The translations under genes were made by a program, and so were the position numbers. Below the pieces are notes generated by a model. The model had not been told where the DNA came from and did no database searches. It worked only from the letters and a program-made list of their open reading frames with translations. From the NCBI GenBank assembly GCA_048128005.1, contig JBEUKZ010000084.1, forward strand, positions 248,001 through 312,000: a stretch of DNA of 64,000 nucleotides. Direction: 5' to 3'. The DNA comes from Veleropilina oligotropha (Eukaryota). This document shows, piece by piece, positions 59,996 through 64,000 of the stretch (its first letter is position 1; every line of letters begins with the position of its first letter).

Positions 59996-60591
59996 GTAAG
60001 AGTCCCTCATTATGGTGTGGCCCTGCCACCGGAGGAGAGGTAAGAGTCCCTCATTTGGTGTGGCCCTGCCACCGGAGGAGAGGTAAGAGTCCCTCATTAT
60101 GGTGTGGCCCTACCACTAGAGGAGAGGTAAGAGTCCCTCATTATCACCTGCCAAACAGACGAGAGGTAGGAGTCCCTCATTATCACCTGACTCCTACAGA
60201 TGAGAGGTAAGAGTTCCTCATTATCACCTGGCTCCTACAGACCAGAGGTAGGAGTCCCTCATTATCACCTGGCTCCTAAAGACGAGAGGTAGGAGTCCCT
60301 CATTATCACCTGGCTCCTACAGACCAGAGGTAAGAGTTCCTCATTATCGCCTGGCTCCTACAGACGAGAGGTAGGAGTCCCTCATTATCACCTGGCTCCT
60401 ACAGACGAGAGGTAAGAGTTCCTCATTATCACCTGGCTCCTACAGACGAGAGGTAGGAGTCCCTCATTATCACCTGGCTCCTACAGACGAGAGGTAAGAG
60501 TTCCTCATTATCACCTGGCTCCTACAGACGAGAGATAAGAGTTCCTCATTATCACCTGGCTCCTACAGACGAGAGGTAAGAGTTCCTCATT
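59964..60591 (+). repeat. 41-bp (39-44) tandem array (~15 units) made of the VAC14 exon-16 donor junction
   Basis: Unit: CCTCATTATCACCTGGCTCCTACAGACGAGAG|GTAAGAGTT. GT positions are 59996 (real), 60040, 60083, 60127, 60166, 60207, 60248, 60289, 60330, 60371, 60412, 60453, 60494 and 60576; the unit at 60535 has AT. Confidence 0.93.
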
Positions 60592-61390
60592 ATGCCCCCA
60601 CAAACGAAGTTTTGGGAGGCATATAGGAGTCAGCTTGTCCGTCTGTCTGTCTGTTGTAAATTTCCTTTCGCTCCATATCTCGGACACTATTTGACCGAGG
60701 GACACGAAACTTGATGTGTGCATGCATAACCCAAATGTGTGTCACGTACCAAAAGTAGGTCACCACGACCTTCTTTTCATGCTTGACAGCACAATCCAAA
60801 ATTCCCTTCCGCTCCATATCTCCCACACTATTTGATCGAGGGTCACGAAACTTGAGGTGTGCATGCATCATAACCCAAAGGTGTGTCACATACTGAAAGT
60901 AGGTCACTATGACCTACTTTTCATGCTTGACTGCGCTTAATCCAAAATTCCCTTCCGCTCCATATATCCCATACTATTTGACCGAGGGACATGAAAATTG
61001 ATGTGTGCATAGCCATGTGTCATAACCCAAAGGTGTGTTGCGTACCGAAAGTAGGTCACAACGACCTACTTTTCATGCTTGACTGCACTTAATCCAAAAT
61101 TCCCTTCCGCTCTTTATCTCCCATACTATTTGACCGAAGGACATGAAACTTGATGTGTGCATGCGTCATAACCCAAAGGTGTGTCGCGTACCAAAAGCAG
61201 GTCACTGCGACCTACTTTTCGGACTTGACCGCATTTGGTCCAAAATTCCCTTCCCCTCCATATCTTCCAGCTTCTACTATTTGACCGAGGGACACGAAAC
61301 TTGATGTGTTTATGCGTCATAACTGAAAGGTATGTCGCGTACCGAAAGTAGGTCACCACGACCTACTTTTCACAATTGACCCCATTCAGT
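60590..61390 (-). mobile_element. HINE-like element with ~145-bp tandem core, inserted into the donor array
   Basis: ATGCCCCCA..TGGGAGGCAT hairpin, (GTCT)n, and 5 units CTATTTGACCGAGGGACACGAAACTTGATGTGTG. Donor-array remnants resume at ~61404-61472. Confidence 0.75.
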
Positions 61391-62357
61391 CGACAGATAC
61401 GATTCCCTCATTATCACCAGACAAGCGATAAGAGTCTCGCATTATCACCTGACCCCGCCCAATGAAAGGTAAAATCCAGCATTTATTGGTTTGAACCTGC
61501 TCGAAAACCCTGCCCTCACCTGCCGAGGATTCAAACAATGCCCCAAACGAGGTTCAAACGCACTCCAGTCACGCGAGTGAATTCACAGTCCTCACTCTTA
61601 CCCATTACACTACTGTTGGGGACTGCATCTTTATTGGACTTTGGATGTTAATATTCTTGTCTTCTAATGTATATTCGGTTTCTATGCCCTATACTCTTTA
61701 GATAACAATTTCTGTGTGATACCATACTCTGATGAATTGCAATGCAGATGCTCTTTACCATTCATATACCAGTACCGGTACTCCGTATGAGTGGGGGAGT
61801 AAGGAAGTGACTCCCATATCAAGCAAATAAATGTGAACAAGTACATTTTTCTTTCTTATTCAGTGAATCTCTGAGATTTATGGGTACTAACTATGCCGTC
61901 TTTAAGTTTTTCTTAAAAACTTTTGTAACTGATTGGATGTGCCCGTTATTTGATGTCATGAGAACCTACGGCAGATAGATAGATATTTATTTTCCGTTCA
62001 TGTGAAATTGCAATAAATATTCAAAAAATTTAATAACAATATTTACATACTCTATTTTACGATCAAGAATGATGGCACCTGAGTGAAAAGTGACTATTAC
62101 CGAAGTTAGCACCACCTCATATAAGTCGTGAAAAACAACACAAAAATAAGATGGATATAGATATCGAGTAGTTAATTAATAGCATGACAAAATTTCTCAG
62201 TACTCAGTGACACCTTGCAGAATATAATGTGAATTTGTTCATTTGTTCATGAAAAGTGTTTTTGCAATGCTGTTGTTTGTAATTTCGTAATTCAGATGAT
62301 GCGTAATTGCCTCATCTCATTGCAGGCACTTGGTAATCAATTAATGGCAGTTCTGAT

Positions 62358-62911
62358 TTTATGCCCCACCAATTTATTGGGGGGCATTTAGATTTACCCT
62401 TGTCCGTCCGTCCCGTCCCAAAAACCAGTATTGTGTGCAAGTAACTCCATTCTGCTATAACTTCCATCTGCCTTCATGGATTGACTTGATACTTCATACA
62501 CTTGCTTATCACCATTCATACTTCCCTGCTGCGACCCACCCATGTCGCCCCTATGCCCAAGGTCAAATGGCTTAGCTCTTTGGACCAGTATTTGCATGAG
62601 AGTAACTCCATTCTGCCATAACTTCCATCTGCCTTCATGGATTGACTTGATACTTCATACACTTGCTTATCACCATTCATACTTCCCTTATGCGACTCAC
62701 CCATGTCGCCCCTATACCCAAGATCAAATGATTTAGCTTTTCGGACCAGTATTTTCATGCAAGTAACTCTATTCTGAAATATATATATAACTTCATCATT
62801 CATACTTCCCTTCTGCGACCCACCCATGCCAGTAATTGTCTGTAACTTGCTGCCCCTATGGTCAAGGCTGCCAGTGGGGGGCATTCGTGTCCGATGAACA
62901 CATTTCTAGTT
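62358..62911 (-). mobile_element. HINE-like element, family of 6201-6882
   Basis: Reverse complement of the 6201 element; ATGCCCC..GGGGCAT hairpin, (GTCC)n, and a CACATTTCTAGTT end. Confidence 0.78.
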
Positions 62912-64000
62912 AATATTTTCTTGAAACAGCTAATAAATCAGTGTTATCCTGGCGACCGTAATGCAGAATTACCTCCCTTCCACCAGCTGTTTGCTATTGA
63001 TAATTGTTTGTGCATCTGAAAAAATATTTAAATATATTTTGTCAAGTGATGATGATCCTTGTTGTGAAGTGATTTCACAAAAAGATAATCATTTGGCGCT
63101 ATAATTTTTTATTTATGCGTAATTATATGGATGTTTTTTGATGATCCAACCAAAACTTCTGCAGTATTTCCTATAAGCATGTTTATAGGAGATATAAACA
63201 GTTCAATAATCAAGGAATTAATGAATTTAGGTTAAAGTGTAAACACAATGTTTAGGATTATATAATAGTTAAAATATCCCGTTTATTCCAATCTTCTTTT
63301 TGTTGCCAAAACGTCCATATTATCGCGAGAGTATGGACAACTGTGCCATGTAGCAGATTCGAACCCACTCCTATTGGACATTCTTAAACTGGTTGAATGC
63401 ATTTGAAGTAGGGGAGAAAAATTTAGAAATCAATATACAGACATTTATAAGCAATATAGATTTTATATGTCAAAAAGAGTTAGTGGTTGAGTCCCCTACC
63501 ATGGCCGCTGCATTGTTTTAATATCCTCGATCTAATAAGTCAAGATGACATTTCTTAATTTTGGCTGCTGAAAATGATTGCATTCTCCACTTGATTTTAC
63601 GTTATTATGTTAGTAGTTTTCAGTGTCATTGTAATGGAATTGCCCAGCAATCTTTCAAATGAAACCTTTCATAGTACATTTTACAAGATATTGCAGATTT
63701 TCCTCTCCATATAGGTCACATGCAATTCACCATTGTGATTAAAGATCAGTTGCCATGTCGGTTCAGTGTACTAATATCAGATGATATCCATAATATATAA
63801 TAATCTATTACGTACTTAATTTTTATATATTCCAAAAAATCCATTGAGCAATCCATGTACTGTTCACTCCATGAAAACTTTTACCCAAAATGTTGATGGC
63901 TAATGCTGGTGTACAGAAACAATATGCCATTTCGGCTCGTACATAATTAAATAAATTGCATTTTCTATGAGTCTCAGAGTTATCCATTTGAAATTTGATG

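Noticed and set aside
61473..64000. Final VAC14 exon
   Set aside because: No AG-flanked segment encoding the expected C-terminal helix was found; it probably lies beyond the window.

Overview
AT-rich, repeat-dense animal genomic DNA; the HINE, SINE and MITE landscape suggests a mollusc, probably a bivalve (inference). The window has two head-to-head spliced genes. One is a 4-exon MARVEL-domain (CMTM/plasmolipin-like) gene on the minus strand (23960->8869, 257 aa). The other is VAC14 on the plus strand, with 16 coding exons traced from 24445 to 59995, two U12-type GT-AG introns, and a last exon not found in the window. VAC14 intron 7 holds an almost intact 7.46-kb DIRS1-like tyrosine-recombinase retrotransposon (35913-43373) inserted into an older LINE 3' end. 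It has 206-bp ITRs, an ICR that spells the circle junction, and gag, RT/RNaseH/methyltransferase-like and YR frames. Two signals stand out. (1) Four independent tandem arrays are built from copies of real splice junctions, giving up to about 19 decoy splice sites per exon, and every decoy would truncate the protein. (2) All three DIRS frames meet at one CCC-TAG-G site, and neither downstream frame has a usable early ATG, suggesting stop, +1 frameshift and readthrough at one codon. Introns also carry many Helentron-associated satellite elements, tRNA-derived SINEs and TIR MITEs. All calls were made by eye from the sequence and recalled protein families; no searches were run, and repeat boundaries are approximate unless a TSD is quoted.
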